64,000 nt of DNA from Takakia lepidozioides. Taxonomy: Eukaryota; Plantae; Bryophyta. Positions 1-13,500 of this stretch are shown piece after piece. A model generated the notes under the pieces. That model did not search any database, was not told where the DNA came from, and saw only the letters and a program-made list of their open reading frames with translations. Each line of letters opens with the position of its first letter. Positions within the stretch are counted from its first letter, which is position 1. A program made the translations under genes and the position numbers. The stretch spans positions 72,478,001 through 72,542,000 of the forward strand of contig CM060733.1 of the NCBI GenBank assembly GCA_030704615.1, given 5' to 3'.

Positions 1-775
1 CAACCCATCCATTCATTCCACAGCTTCACTCAGGTCTCTCTACACAGTGTGGTTGTATCGTATAAGTATCAGATTATGATTTATCAGGTATCAGGCCGAA
101 GCCATTGTGTCTCTAATCTGCTCTACAATATCACTACAGTTTTGCATATAACAAGCATCTACTAATCATCTCTCCTCCTTCACCGTGCTCTCCATCTTTG
201 CTTCTGTTCTTACTCTCCGCCCGATCCTCTCTCTCTCATGACGTGCTTCCAAGAATCATCCCCCAAAAAGCCCCCTACTCAGTCCTTGCTTCTCCCTTTA
301 TCTTCCTACCCGTGGCTCTAACCGTTTCCCTCACTAACCGTCGTCCGTGAACTAACATGTTCCATTTGCAGGTGTTGTTCCCCATAGTTGTTCCCTGTCC
401 TGCTCTCCGTTCCCTATGATCGTGACAGCTGTGTCAAGCTGTGACTGGCTGTGTGAAACTGTGACGAGCTGTGATTGGCTGTGCGACTGTGTTTGGCTGT
501 GTCGGGCTGTGACTGGCTGTGTGGCTGTGTCGGCTGTGACGGGCTGTGATGGTTGTGTCGGGTTGTGACGAGCTGTGCTGACTGTGTCTGGCTGTGTTGG
601 CTGTGTCGGCTGTGACGACTATGACGGGCTGTGTTGGCTGTGACGGGCTGTGTAACCCCCCTCTACAGTGCGCTGCTGTCACCCCTAAGGCTCCTGTTGG
701 TCTCAGTCTGTGCAAAAATTAAGGGTACCCTACAGATCCCGTATAAGTGTCTAAGTCCCAGACAGTCCTCTAACA
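1..775 (-). mobile_element. Ty3/Gypsy LTR (5' LTR or solo LTR, cut by the window edge) inserted into the 3' accessory ORF of element A
   Basis: Reverse complement of the LTR at 2320-3342 and near-identical to the element C LTRs. Begins TGTTAGAGG on the minus strand at 775. No PPT next to it; the flank resumes the accessory ORF. Confidence 0.9.
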
Positions 776-2281
776 ATTCTCAGGGGTGCCACAAACAACT
801 TGGTGGATAACCACCTTATGCAGGTCTGGTTAGCACAAGGGCCGGTGGAGGGCAAAGCACCACGAAAGCTCACCCAAAGCGAGATGAATGAGCTCAGACT
901 GCAAGTGCAGAACATTGCCACAACTACTATAGACAATGTCTATAGTAGGATAGCAGAGTTATAGGAGGATGTAGACGGCCTGCAGACTCAGGTGGAGGAC
1001 CTCACTTCAAATATCGACAAGAGAATCTTTGTACATGAGGAACAGCTGATGGCTTCTTATTTACAAGCGAGAACTTTGGCTTTTCAGTCTTCTTCGCAGG
1101 GGGTGCAGGAGATGCCAATGGTACAAGAGCCAGTGCCACCAACACCACAACAACTCACTGTGCCAGTAGCTGACCCTGTTGTTACTACAGCCACACCACA
1201 GCCACCACAGCCTGAGGTATGGGGGAATGCTGCTTTTAACCCACCTAAAACTCCAGCTACACGGGAGTACAATCGGGCTATGATTATGCCCTTCAACCAA
1301 ATTCCCATTGTGTTGGATTTGGCTTGGAAGGAATTTAGTCATCCGTTGTCGTTGGCACATTACTATCAAATCATGTGCATTTGGCTGCCAGTGGCAACTA
1401 GGACTAAAGTTCTTCCGAACAATCGACCAATTGAAGATCATCACTTTGCGCAGTACTGGCATGAGGCAAGTACCATGTTGAAGGAATTAATTGCCTTCCA
1501 AGTTGTACATGGATTCATTTATACCAAGACCAAAGAGGTAGCAAGTATTGTCATGGGCTGCGGGTTATACTACGCTGCTTGTTTTCTAGTACGTTGTCAC
1601 ATTGAGCAGCAAAAGATGCAAACGCGCTTTCTGAGTTATTCCAGTGGGGATCATTGGGTCTTACCTTCAGTGCCACCTCATATGTACCTATATGAGGCAA
1701 AAGTTATGATGCAAAAGGATTCTCAGATTCGTTCATGGTTTCATGCGGCCTGGAACAATTTGTCAACACAGAAATTCGGGCCTGACGATATTTTCTTTAA
1801 GGGACATGAGGCATGGAAATATTTGCACAATTCACAAGTCATTGGTACACCACTCACCTGGATAGACAAGGAGCTCAGGGTCTTCACCAATTTTGCAATT
1901 CAGCGCTTACAACAAGTTTTACAATTTAAACTTCCAGACATGGTGGGACAACATTGTATGCCCCAAAGAATTCCAGTTAAAGTTCGACAGTTAAAACACC
2001 TCAGGGGGGACGAGGATTCTGATACAACTGTTTCTTCAGCGGACTCTTTTGACATGGCAGAGGACTATGCAATTCAGATGGCAGAGAAGAAGCGACGGGG
2101 GTCTCCTATGCCTGAAAGATTACCTCGATATCAGCCTCCAGAGGGACTGACATATCCAAGTAGTGTTCAATCATCTCCCTCAACCAGTGACAGGACACGG
2201 GCTCGCACACGGAGTCCTTCACGAGACTCTAACCGTCAGAAGGGTGCTCACTCACAAAGGGTTACAAATCCCAAACAGTAA
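776..2281 (+). pseudogene. C-terminal part of the retrotransposon 3' accessory ORF (interrupted; TAG near 962)
   Basis: ORF 992-2281 is homologous to 54019-55431 (+) and 40011-41012 (-). Confidence 0.8.
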
Positions 2282-2302
2282 ACCGTGAGGACACGGCTTT
2301 TT

Positions 2303-2316
2303 GAGAGGAGAAGGGG
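2303..2316 (+). other. Polypurine tract of element A
   Basis: GAGAGGAGAAGGGG, 3 nt before the LTR TG. Equivalent tracts precede 55478 and (minus strand) 39972. Confidence 0.85.
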
Positions 2317-2319
2317 TAA

Positions 2320-3342
2320 TGTTAGAGGACTGTCTGGGACTTAGGCACTTTTACGGGATCTGTGGGGTACCCTTAATTTTTGCACAGACTGAGACCAACA
2401 GGAGCCTTAGGGGTGACAGCAGCGCACTCTAGGGGGGGGGTTACACAGCCCGTCACAGTCTGTCACAGCCAATCACAGCCAAACACAGCCCGTTAAAGCC
2501 ACACAGCCAGTCACAGCCCGACACAGCCCGACACAGCCCAACACAGTCGCACAACCAATCACAGCCCGACACAGCCCGTCACAGCCCAACACAGTCGTAC
2601 AGCCAATCACAGCTCGACACAGCTTGTCATAGCCCAACACAGTTGCACAGCCAGTCACAGCTTGACACAGCTGTCACGACCATAGGGAACGGATAGCAGG
2701 ATAGGGAACAACTGTGGGGAACAACATCTGCAAATGGAACATGTTAGTTCACGGATGACGGTTAGTGAGGGAAACGGTTAGAACCACGGATAGGAAGATA
2801 AAGCCAGGAGCGAGGACTGGAAAATGATCACTTCTTGGGGAATCACTTCTGGAAGGACTTCGGGGGGGGGGATGAGAACTTGGAAATGAAGCGGAGAGCG
2901 CATCTCTGAGCAGAAAGAAGGAGAGCACGGAGTAGGAGGAGAACAATCTGTTTATACTTGCTGAATGCAAGAAGTAGAGTTGTAATGTAGAGCAGAATAG
3001 AGATACCATGGCTTCAGCCTGATACTTGAGAGATATTAATCTGATACATACTTCGTACTCACACTGTGTAGAGAGATATGAGTGAAGCTGTGGAATGAAT
3101 GGATGAGTTGATGGAATCCAATAGATTGCTGAAGCAAACTGATACTTAAATACCAACAGTAAGGTAACTAGCTAACATGAATGCGGGAAGGAAAACAAAT
3201 AGGAAACACCCCCATGATACACTAGCTGTAGGTCATGACTGATTGTTCTGAGCGGGCTGAGTGCTTAGAGATTTCCAACTCTTCTATCTTGGAGTTCCCG
3301 CCTCGGATAGCGAAGGGATGGGTGAGTAAAAGCCGCGCGACA
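2320..3342 (+). repeat. 3' LTR of element A (~1.02 kb), containing a CACAGC-rich minisatellite
   Basis: TGTTAG...CGCGACA termini; homologous to the other LTRs in the window. Confidence 0.92.
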
Positions 3343-4012
3343 CTAGTCACAGCCGCCACAGCCGACACAGCCCGTCACAGCCAACACAGCCCGACACAGC
3401 CCGTCACAACCGCCACAGCCGACACAGCCCGTCACAGCCAACACAGCCCGACACAGCCAGTCACAGCCGCCACAGCCCGTCACAGCCAACACAGCCCGAT
3501 ACAGCCCGACACAGCCAGACACAGCCAGTCACAGCCCAACCAGTTTTGCACAGTTGTCACAGTACAGGGGGAACGGTTAACATGGATAGGGAACAACTGT
3601 GTGAGAACGACATCTGCAGAGGGAATATGGTATTTCATGCAGAGCTGTAGTGATACTGTAGGGCGGATTAGAGTCACCTTGACATAGGCCTAGTACCTGA
3701 TAAATCGTAATCTGATACTTATTCGATACAAACACACTGTGTAGAGAGACATGAGTGAAGCTATGAAATGAATGCATGATTAACTGGAACTAAGAAGATA
3801 TTGAAGCAATCTGATGCTTCAGTATCAGATAAGGTAAATTGATAACATGAAGGCAAGAAGGAATACAAATGGGAAGCACAACCATGATTCACTAGCTGCA
3901 GGTCATGACTGATTGTACTGAGCGGGCTGAGTGCTTAGAGATATCCAACTCTTCTATCTTGGAGTTTCCACCTTGGATAGCAAAGGGATGGGTGAGTAAA
4001 AGCCGCTCGACA
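3343..4012 (+). repeat. 3' portion of the 5' LTR of element B
   Basis: Ends ...AGCCGCTCGACA, followed by the PBS. Matches 55641-56297 apart from a ~200 bp deletion. Confidence 0.88.
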
Positions 4013-4014
4013 TT

Positions 4015-4032
4015 TGGCGACCATACTGGGGA
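4015..4032 (+). other. Primer-binding site TGGCGACCATACTGGGGA (resembles tRNA-Arg-type PBS of Ogre/Tat-like elements)
   Basis: TGG start 2 nt after the LTR CA; identical PBS in element C. The tRNA identity is inferred from resemblance only. Confidence 0.8.
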
Positions 4033-4589
4033 ACTAAGTCTTGAACAACCAGATGTGACAGGCATCTGGTGGGATCATGGTGGTTGGAGAATTAAGGAAT
4101 TTGATGTGAATCAAATTCCCTGTGAAATTGAGAAGGAAACATTGTCCAAACAATTCTTTCAGAGGTTCCAGACGGTTGTAAAGAAAACATTCTTAAGAGA
4201 GTGCATGATGCTGACCCTGAGTGGGGTCTGGAGAAAGGGGTGATAAAGATTTATCAGGTGGCCTGTAGAGGAAGAGCACGTTGGTTACCAACACTGGTTA
4301 TGTGATAGCATTGCTATCCATTAAGTGAGTAGAGTTTGAAGGCTGGGAGGAAAGGAAGGTGAATGTTTATACTCATATGCATGAAGAGCTTGTACTGGTA
4401 AAGAATTGGATTCCAAAGGATATTCTGTGGATCAAACTCACACCAAGAACAGCTTTCCAGACTTGCTTGCCATATGGTTATATGGTAACGGAGACTTCTA
4501 GTATAGCCAAGGGTGCATTGAAGCTTGAAGGAAACCCAGGCATATACGAGAGATACTACATAAGAGAGTTTTGGTTATTGCCACGTTAA
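4033..4589 (+). pseudogene. Extra ORF upstream of gag (ORF0), frameshifted copy
   Basis: Fragments 3905-4243 and 4359-4589 match the uninterrupted ORF 50745-51440 of element C. Confidence 0.7.
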
Positions 4590-4609
4590 AGAAATGAAAG
4601 ACATGGGAC

Positions 4610-7600
4610 ATGAGAGATGAAAGAGAAGCTAGACTCCAGAGATATTCAGCAAAAGAGAAAGTTATCTGAAAGCTAATTATCCATATCTTTGGGAGAGAGG
4701 AATAGACATAGGGGAATCATCTGGACCTCTCACACCATTAAGATCAGAGAGTACATCACCCATACCGGAAGAACTAGAGTTGGATGCCACTCCTTCTTTT
4801 TCTTTGCAAGAAAGATTAAGGGAATTGGTACGGGAAGAAGATCAACCACGAGGTGAAAGATCTGAGGTACATCCATGGATAAAAGATTTGACAAAAATCT
4901 TTGATACGAGTTGGCATGGAACACCAAAAGCAGGAACTCCAGTTTCTGAAACGGAAGGTGAAGAAGGAGGAGAGGATGTGGCAGAGCCAACGGAGAGTTC
5001 AGACTCTCCAACACCATTGCAGTTGAGTTACATGAGTGAATAAGAAACCCAAGGGCAGAACTTGGAGGATGAAAATAGAGAGAAGAAATTGGAAGAGGAA
5101 GAGTATGAAGAAGTAGACCCAACAGCTGAGGTTGAGACTACAACCAGGGCATCCCAACCCGTTGGACCTGTATCAAGTGGAGCACTTGGATCACAGGCCA
5201 ACGAAGGTGTCGGCTCAGGGGGATCAGGCGGGCAGCCTGGATCTGGCTCTGGGGGATAGGGAGTGTGGGAAGTAGTGCAACTGGAGCTGGGAATACTGTG
5301 AATATAGTGGGGCCAGTAGCAGGGAGTGCTCAGGGGCCAGCACTTGGTGGAAGTACCACCACAACTACAACAGGTCCTCAAGGACCAGCACCAGCAAGGG
5401 GGCCAGCACCTGTCAGTGGGCAGGAGGTAGGGCCACAGATGGCGTTACAACCAACACGGGCAAAACCATTTTTTCCAATATATTCAGGAAAAGGGGATCC
5501 TGATGTACACATTAGCCAATTTGAGCACATGTGTATTGTGAACAATGAGAATGGCGATGATGCCAAGATGAGACTGTTTCCTTGTTCACTTATAAAGAAA
5601 GCAAGTGAATGGTATGCTAGATTCCCCTGATAATCATTTCCTAACCTGGAATGGCTTGAATACAGCATTCCGAAATAGGTTCAGGACAAGTAAAACTGAG
5701 GATGAAGTGTATGGAGTTAAAGCAAAAGAAGCATGAAACTATTGAGGAGTATATGGAAAAAATTGAATTGATGATGAAAAAGCTGGCTGATGTACCTGCA
5801 CCAACAGAAGACTTGGTTTGTGAGTGGACTAAGACCAGAGTTGCAAAAGAAAGTGGATATGTTACCCCATAATAGAGTGGAGGAGGCATTTGAAACAGCG
5901 AACATAATTGAGCAATTGGGAATGCTCAGGAGAGAGAAAAGGGATGATGAAGACTCTGAGGATGAGTCGGATGAGCAAGAAGAGAAAGAGCTGAAAAGGA
6001 AGAGTAAGAGAAAGGAGAAGTTGAAGAGGGATAACTATGAGAAAAGATTAGAAGAAATCTTGAAGAAGTATGCCACAGAGGCTGCAACACATTGGAGGAA
6101 GGGTGTTTGGTGTGCAAAGTGCCAGAATGAAGGCCATACCACCACTGAATGCCACATGAAGGAGAAACACTGTACTATCTGTAAGATGGATAACCATTCT
6201 ACTGAGAATTGTTACTACAACAGAAGGACAGCAGCTAGAGAACCTAGGCAAGTAAGGGTGCATCAAGTGCAGCCCCAGCCAAGAAGAAACAGTGATCAGG
6301 ACCACTATGGTAGGCCCGGTGGTTATAACAATGGTATGGAAGGGAGAGGTAATCCAAGAGGGAATTACCAAGGAAATTCCAGGGCCAACTATAAGGGTAA
6401 TCCAAGGGGGAATTACCAACTAGGGAATCAGGATTACAGAAATAATCCTAGAGCAGACCAAGGGCGAGGACCCAATGGTGAAGAACTGTGTTACTATTGT
6501 AATCAGGCAGGACATCGCAAGGCAGCCTGTTCATTCTGGATTAGACACCAGAATGAGATGAGAGCTCCTGTGAATGAGGGCCCAGTGGTGGCAGCTCACA
6601 TGGTTAGGCCATGTGTTGTACCAGAAGTAAGTACAATGATAGTAACAAGAAGCAAAGCCAAACTAATACCTCTAGTAGATGAGGAAGATGATGATAATGA
6701 AGATGGCAGTGATGTGCTTGAAGATGATGAGGCTTGGAGAGATGAGAAGGAACTGCACAAGGAAGTGACAGATACCATAAGGGAAATGCAGAAGAGCACT
6801 GATATTCCTATGGCAGATTCCTCTGATTCTGAAAGAGAAGAGGAAGTGAGTGAGGATGAAGGGAAGAAAGAGGCTGCAGACATGCAGAGTAATGAAGGGA
6901 CTTTGGCTGAAGTAATATGCCAGTCCAAAGCGGAGATTACCATTGGATAGCTATTGGCTGTGGCACCTTATTGTAGACACAGGTTGTATCAAGCAATCAA
7001 TCGAATTGCCCATGTGACAGAGAACACAGACCTGAACAGCAAGGTGACTAGTTATATGTGAAGCCGGAAGGGCGAGAAACAGTCATGGACTTTGATGATT
7101 CTATGCCAGTAATCCAATTGAGAATTGGAAGCACAGAACTAACTGATGTACTGATAGATGGAGGCTCTGGAGTGAATATCATGACAGACCAATTAAGGCA
7201 GAAGCTTGGTCTAAGTAACATGAAACCAGCCCCATTTACAGTAACAATGGCAGATCAAAGAAGTGTACAGCCATTGGGATTGATAAGAGGAGTTAAGATA
7301 AAGATTCAAAAGATGATCTTTATGATCACAGTAACTGTGTTGAAAATGGATGAAGTCATGGAGGCTTACTCCTTATTATTGGGACGTCCGTGGCTGAAAC
7401 AGGCCAGGGTATTCCATGACTGGAATTCTCAGTTACTAACTGTGCATAATGGGATGCACAAGATACAAATTACCACTTAGAAATCTAGTAGATTACCTGC
7501 TACGAGAAAACCTCGAGGGGTCAGGGAGTATGACAGGAGGGGAGGACTGGATGAGGAGCAGGAAGCTACCCTGTTCGCTACACACCCAGAGTGGGAGCAG

Positions 7601-9724
7601 GTTGCAGAGATGCAGCTGGAAGGCCTAGGTTGTTTAAAAGGTATCTGTTGTGGTGTAGTGACAGCAACACCAATTGAAGGTGAAACAAGAAGTTACCCAC
7701 CACATTTGAAAGAGAAGGAGAAATGGAAATCCTAGAGGAACCAGCCACTGTGAGTTTATAGGATGAAGTGGTAACTGGTTGGACAATCACAGCTGATGAG
7801 CAGGTGAGAGAAGTGAATGTGGGAACTGAAGAGGAACCGAGGATGGTGAAGGTAGGGGCTGAATTGGAGCCAGAATTCTTTGAGGAAGCTAAGAGTTTGT
7901 TCATCAAATACAGAGATGTATTTGCTTGGAGTTATGAGGATCTAAAAGGGATACCACCTGAGATCTGTCAGCATAAGATTGAACTAGAACCAGGGTCAGT
8001 ACCAATCAAACAGGCAAGGTACAGAATGAATCCCAACTATGCACAGAAGGTTGGAGAAGAGATCAAGAAGTTGGCTGAGGCTAAGTTTATATACCCAATA
8101 GAGTATACAACTTGGTTGTCACCCATTGTGATAGTTCCCAAGAAGAATGGTAAACTGAGAGTTTGTGTGAACTATAAGAAGTTGAATGCTTGCACGAAGA
8201 AAGATCCTTTTCCTTTGCCATTCACAGAAGCGGTATTGGACACTGTGGCAGGCCATGAGATGTACTCATTCATGGATGGCTTCAGTGGTTATAATCAAGT
8301 GCAAGTGGCAGAAGAAGACGAGGGAAAGACAGCTTTCATCACAGACTGGGGTGCTTATGCATACAAAGTCATGCCTTTTGGACTTTGTAATGCACCAGCA
8401 ACCTTTCAGAGAGTGATAAGTGAATCTTTTCATGAGTATCTGGATGATTTCATGCAGGTGTTCTTGGATGATTTCAGTGTGTACAGCTCTAAGAATGAGC
8501 ACTTGCATAAATTGGAGTTATGTTTGGCCAGATGCAGGATGAGAGGTCTGGGCCTGAATCCAGAGAAGTGTACTTTCTGTGTGAACTCAGGGGTGCTTTT
8601 GGGACACATTGTGTGTAAAAGGGGACTTCTTGTGGATCCCAAGAAGACAAAGGCCATTAAAGCCTCCCCACCACCAGTAAATGTTAAGAGTCTAAGGAGA
8701 TTCCTTGGACAAACCAGTTATTACAGAAGATTTGTCAAAAGGTATGCACAGATAGCAGCACCATTGAGCAAGCTTCTGAAGAAAGATGCAGTGTTTGCAT
8801 GGACAGCTGAATGTCAACAGGCTTTTGAGGAAGTTACATTGTCAGTAACAACTACACCTGTGCTGATTAACCCTCACTGACATGTAGTATTACATGTTCA
8901 CTGCGATGCCTCAGGAGAAGCGTTGGGAGCGGTGTTAGCCCAAAATGTTACAGGAAATATAGATTCACCGGTGTACTATGCTAGCAGGTTGATGAACAGC
9001 GCTGAAAGGAACTATAGCACAATTGAAAGAGAAGCACTGGCAATGATTTATGCAATCAAGAAATTCAGGCATTACCTATTGGGAAGAAAGTTCATGTTTT
9101 TATGTGGATCACAAGGCTCTGATATATCTGGTGAACAAACCTTTGATAAGTGGAAGGATAGCAAGGTGGTTAATAATCTTGCACGAGTTTGAGTTTGAAG
9201 TTGTTTACAAGCGTGGCCGTTTGCATCTTGTGGCAGATCATTTGTCACGCCTAACAACAGGAGAGCCCGCCACAAGAGTAGACAACCAATTGTCTGGTGC
9301 GAGTTTATTTGCAATGGAGGTGCAAGGAAGTGCAGATGAATGGTTAGATTGGCAGTGGCCAATCAGATACTACCTTACTCATGGTCAATGCCCACTTAGT
9401 TATGATAAGGAGCAGAGGAAGAGAATCGCTATCAAGGCTTTACCTTATACTATGGTAGGGGGCAGAATGCATAAGCTAGGACCTGATGGAGTACTTAAAC
9501 GATGCTTGTACCACCATGAAGTAAATAAAGTTTTGGAGGAAGTTCATAAAGGAGTGGCAGGAGGTCATTTTGGAGAAGAGACTACCAGTAGGAAGATACT
9601 ACTTGTAGGTTACTTGTGGCCTACTTTGTTCAAGGATGTACACAAGTATTGTCAGAGTTGTGATGAATGTCAGAGGCTAGGACCTTTGCAGAGATCTGGG
9701 AAGATGGCTTTGCATCCTACAATG
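4610..9724 (+). pseudogene. gag-pol of element B, 5' part (gag with CCHC knuckles, aspartic protease, RT, RNase H, integrase N-terminus)
   Basis: YSGKGDPDVHI gag motif; CAKCQNEGH and CYYCNQAGHRKAAC knuckles; LIDGGSGVN protease; MDGFSGYNQ and FLDDF RT; [13 protein letters not shown] RNase H; H-x6-H...CDEC integrase. Many stops and frameshifts. Confidence 0.92.
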
Positions 9725-9810
9725 GAGGTTTGCTATTTCATGAGCATGAGCGGCATGAGCGGCATGAGCGGCATGAGCAGAGTAGTAACACAATCGGTTT
9801 TCATGAGCAG
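9725..9810 (+). repeat. MULE-1 left TIR with subterminal CATGAGC(GG) repeats
   Basis: Tandem CATGAGC motifs, mirrored as GCTCATG at 24364-24406. Confidence 0.85.
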
Positions 9811-9987
9811 AAGTACAAATTTCGAAAATAAAAAACAATAAAAAACAATAAAAAACAATAATTTAATGCAATGTGTCAGAAAAAACAAATATATTATTCG
9901 GCCCCTTGAAGGGAAAATTGCACTTTTGACAGTTGTGCTCATGATATTTTGTCTTCCGCTCATGCCAATTCCTAGCGACATGTGCAA

Positions 9988-10350
9988 ATATGGCGCCGAA
10001 TTTCGCGGTAATAGGGTCCGTAACCTGAAAAAACGGCGACGTATTTCGCGGCAATAGGTCTCTCTGGCGAAAAATGGTGCCGAATTCCGCGGCTATAGGT
10101 CCCCTCATGACAGGTAATTCGGCGCCATTTTTCCAGTGCATGTTCGGACTTAGCCAGTTTTCGGCCCAAAAAAGAGAAATTCGGCGCCATTTTTCCAGAC
10201 ACGGTACCAGTGCATGTTGGGACTTAGCCAGTTTTCGGCCCCAAAAAGAGAAATTCGGCGCCATTTTCCCAAACACAGGTACCAGTGCATGTTGGGACTT
10301 AGCGAGTTTTCGGCCCCAAAAAGAGAAATTCGGCGCCATTTTTCCAGAAA
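9988..10350. repeat. Left subterminal array of AATTCGGCGCCATTTT motifs (~70-77 bp units)
   Basis: About 6-7 copies in both orientations; shares GGGACTTAGCC with the intronic array at 20830-21820. Confidence 0.8.
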
Positions 10351-10502
10351 TGGCCCCAGAACTGCTTCTGTTGGATCTCAGTTTGAATGGAATATTGCCT
10401 CATTCCAGGAGTTTTGGGGTGCATTTCATTACACTGCAAAAAAAAGTCTGATACAGCAAAATGCATTTGAAAATATCCATATGGAGGATTCCGTTTGCCC
10501 CA

Positions 10503-13500
10503 TCAATGATTTCTGGAATCCCTAAGAAGGAGTTTGTGCAGCTCGTTCACGCTCAACGCCGGTGCATGAATAAAGTCATCAATAGTTACGTTCATCCTCA
10601 ACCTCTTCAGGTAAATGTAATACAGATGCTTGCACGGATAATACTTCGAACCCTTCTTTGCTTCCATCAACGAGAAGTCCGTACAGTTGCAAGTCGGCTC
10701 CACTCCAATCGTAATTGTGTATACATCGTCGCGTACAGCCGAGCCGGCCGTTGCCATCCGATACACACGCCCAAGGCCGGGTGGGGGTACGTCCACGGAG
10801 CTCTGAATAGTGCAAGCCATCCCAAGAGCATTGGCAATCCGAGTCTCATTCAACTTGTTGGGAGGGTGTCGTCTCTTCACTCTTCCGAATCGCATTGTGG
10901 GATGTGCAGAATTGTCCAATCCGTCTCTACTGGACCGAGCAGTATGCAATGGCTGGGTCTGAGGAACCGGAAATGCGTGGGCCGGGATGTCTGTGCGTTG
11001 CACCATTCGAAATCCTGCTGCAGATAGAGCATCCGCCTCATTCTGAGAGAGGCTGCAACCCGGTGCAACAGGCCAGACGCCCGGAGGCTCCGGCATTCCC
11101 TGAATCCCGTACTTGGGCTTGCCAAATACACAGGTCATTATGTCGTGCCTACAGAACCAAAATGTCTGCGTTGTGGCGTGAGCAAATGTGGGAGTCAAAA
11201 ATCTGCCGCTGAAACAAGGTGCAGGTACAGCACCGTGTGGGTTCCTCCGAATCATCTCACCACAGCGTGCTCTCGTATCCACCCGGATGGCGCAACACTT
11301 CCCTCGAAATGCCGGCAATGTCCTCGCAATTCTCCACTGTGACTCCGACACTCTTGTCTCCACAATGGGAATGTTGTATTGCTTTACTACAGATGGCTCG
11401 TTATGTTGCCGGGGCACGCGCCCTGTGCTCAAAGGAGATGGCGATCTTGAACGTGCAGGACTTCCGGTGCTCGACGAGACCTCCTCGGACAACATCACCG
11501 GACCACGAGGGAGCGTGCGAATATTCTTGTCAGCTCGCCATGAATCCTCTTCTCCGCCAGGTGCCTCGTCAAGTCTTCGTCTCACTGGACGGGTATGAAC
11601 ATCTCCTTCCAAATGTTGGCCTCTTCGCAGCAATGGCGTGTCCCGAAGGCCCTCTCGCAAGGCCGCCGCCCACTTCCGAGGATTCTTCGATCTGGAGGCA
11701 GTCCGCATCAGCATTTCCTGCCTGTCCGGCCCCAAGCCCCACTGTTTCCCTTTCAAGAACTCGTTGTACCTGCATTGCTGCATAATTGACCTCACAATGT
11801 CCTCCGTTGTGGCAGTGAGGATGTCCACCAGATGCGCCGCAGAGGAGGCACGCCAGGAAGAGTGCACTGATTCGGCCATGTTTGTCGTGGGCATGTCGGT
11901 GTCGGAGTCGAGACACATTTCCTGCACAAGCACATGTTGAGGTTACAAGCAAGTTACAAATATGGCCAAGAATAATATCCAACGGGACGCGAATTCGTGC
12001 AACTCACCTCCCGCATATAGTCGCCGAACTGGAGGAAACGATAATGCCACCATGCTAGCCAACTGACCATTGCTCCTTCGTCTGATTTCCTTACAGCACC
12101 TGACGATGTCCACCAAGCCCGTATGCATGCAAACTGTGTCTCTGCATCATCCAAGGTGGGAGCGCGCTTCCACGCAAGGCACATGGAACGGTGCTCCTCT
12201 CTGAAATCTGGCGCCACGAGCCTGGTTGTGTACTGCGAAAGGCTCTGCAGAAAGTGGAACCCACAAGATCTCTCCTTGCCTTCCATGGGAACATTGGGGT
12301 CTTGCCCGTACACCCTTCGGATGGCAGCCCAATTTGCTTGTGCGTTGTCCGCCATGAAACCACGGAAATTGGGAGGGGGCAATCCCGCCTTGGCCATCTG
12401 TTCGTTTATTCCCTGCCAAAGAAGCATCTCCGATTGTGTGTCCTCTCCTTTCATCTCACAAATAGCAATTGTCATTAGCATCCTGCAGTGGGTGTCGTAG
12501 ACATGTGCACCCATTGTCACCCACTGGTGATTTGTAATTCGCTTGATATGGTCGAACATGACCCAACTGTTTGACAAGTTCCCACTCGTCATCCTGTCGA
12601 CCAGTTCGACGCCACTGCCAGGTCCACACGTGGACATTTTGAATACGAAACAACGATCTGCCTCAGTCCCTTGTCCTGGAAACCTACTTCCATGAATGTA
12701 GTCATATCCACATCGTCGCTTCACCTCCAGAATGGAGTGCATATCCGAGCCACGCCCAATTTTCTGTTTGCAAGAGACAATGTGGTTTCGGACATTCGGT
12801 GAACATACGTGGGACACCGACTCGAGCAATGCCTCCATTTCCTTCTCGTCGAGAGGAACTCTATCCGAGCCGTCTTCCGACATAATTCTGGCCAATGCCA
12901 TCTTATGGGCGGCTTGGAGCTGTATCTGTTTGGGTTTGGCACCCGGTCTCAACTTAACCTCCTCCTGAACGAGCTGCTCTGCTTCGTGGGCAGCCTCCCG
13001 CGAGTTCCCCCTCGCCAATTTGTGACAATGGGAACCAACGTGTATGCAAGCTCGGGTGAGGTCAGGGAAACGGTGCAACACATAGAACTGCTTGGCATTA
13101 CAAACAGACATGCAGTGTGGTGGTTCTTTGCAATGCGCACACTTAAATGTGGAGTTCGGAACCTTCTCCTGAGCTCGAAATGGTTGGTGAGCTGTGCCTG
13201 TCCAATCGGTCTCGTTCCTGTGACCTCTGGATTTAAAGTGGAAGCAAGTTGGGGAGAAACACCGCAACGCGCCCGCACAAACAACGTAGCGCACCCGCAC
13301 ACCATCAAGCATCTTCATGCTGGTGGTTTTGGTAACGCACCAAGGATGACCGTCATGTTTTCTATCCATATCTGTCAACATTCCGGACGCCCTCGAGTAG
13401 TCCGCCCGAGGAGGGAACTCAAAGAAGACATTACCGTCGACGTCGGCGGGAAGGCATGTAACCGATTTAATTGCGAACTTGCTGTAGTCCAGCCCGGCCA

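Larger units (their letters stand above)
776..3342 (+). mobile_element. 3' part of Ty3/Gypsy element A (accessory ORF, PPT, 3' LTR), inserted in the 5' LTR of element B
   Basis: ORF, then PPT GAGAGGAGAAGGGG, then TG...CA LTR. The sequence after 3342 is the interior of another LTR (matches 55641 onward). Confidence 0.9.

Noticed and set aside
3235-3687. ORFs starting MTDCS... and Ser/His/Thr-rich ORFs in LTRs (also 434-715, 39679-39912, 63075-63350)
   Set aside because: They are LTR and minisatellite translations that read into unrelated flanks.
4015-4032. tRNA gene
   Set aside because: Only an 18-nt complement of a tRNA 3' end (PBS); no cloverleaf.
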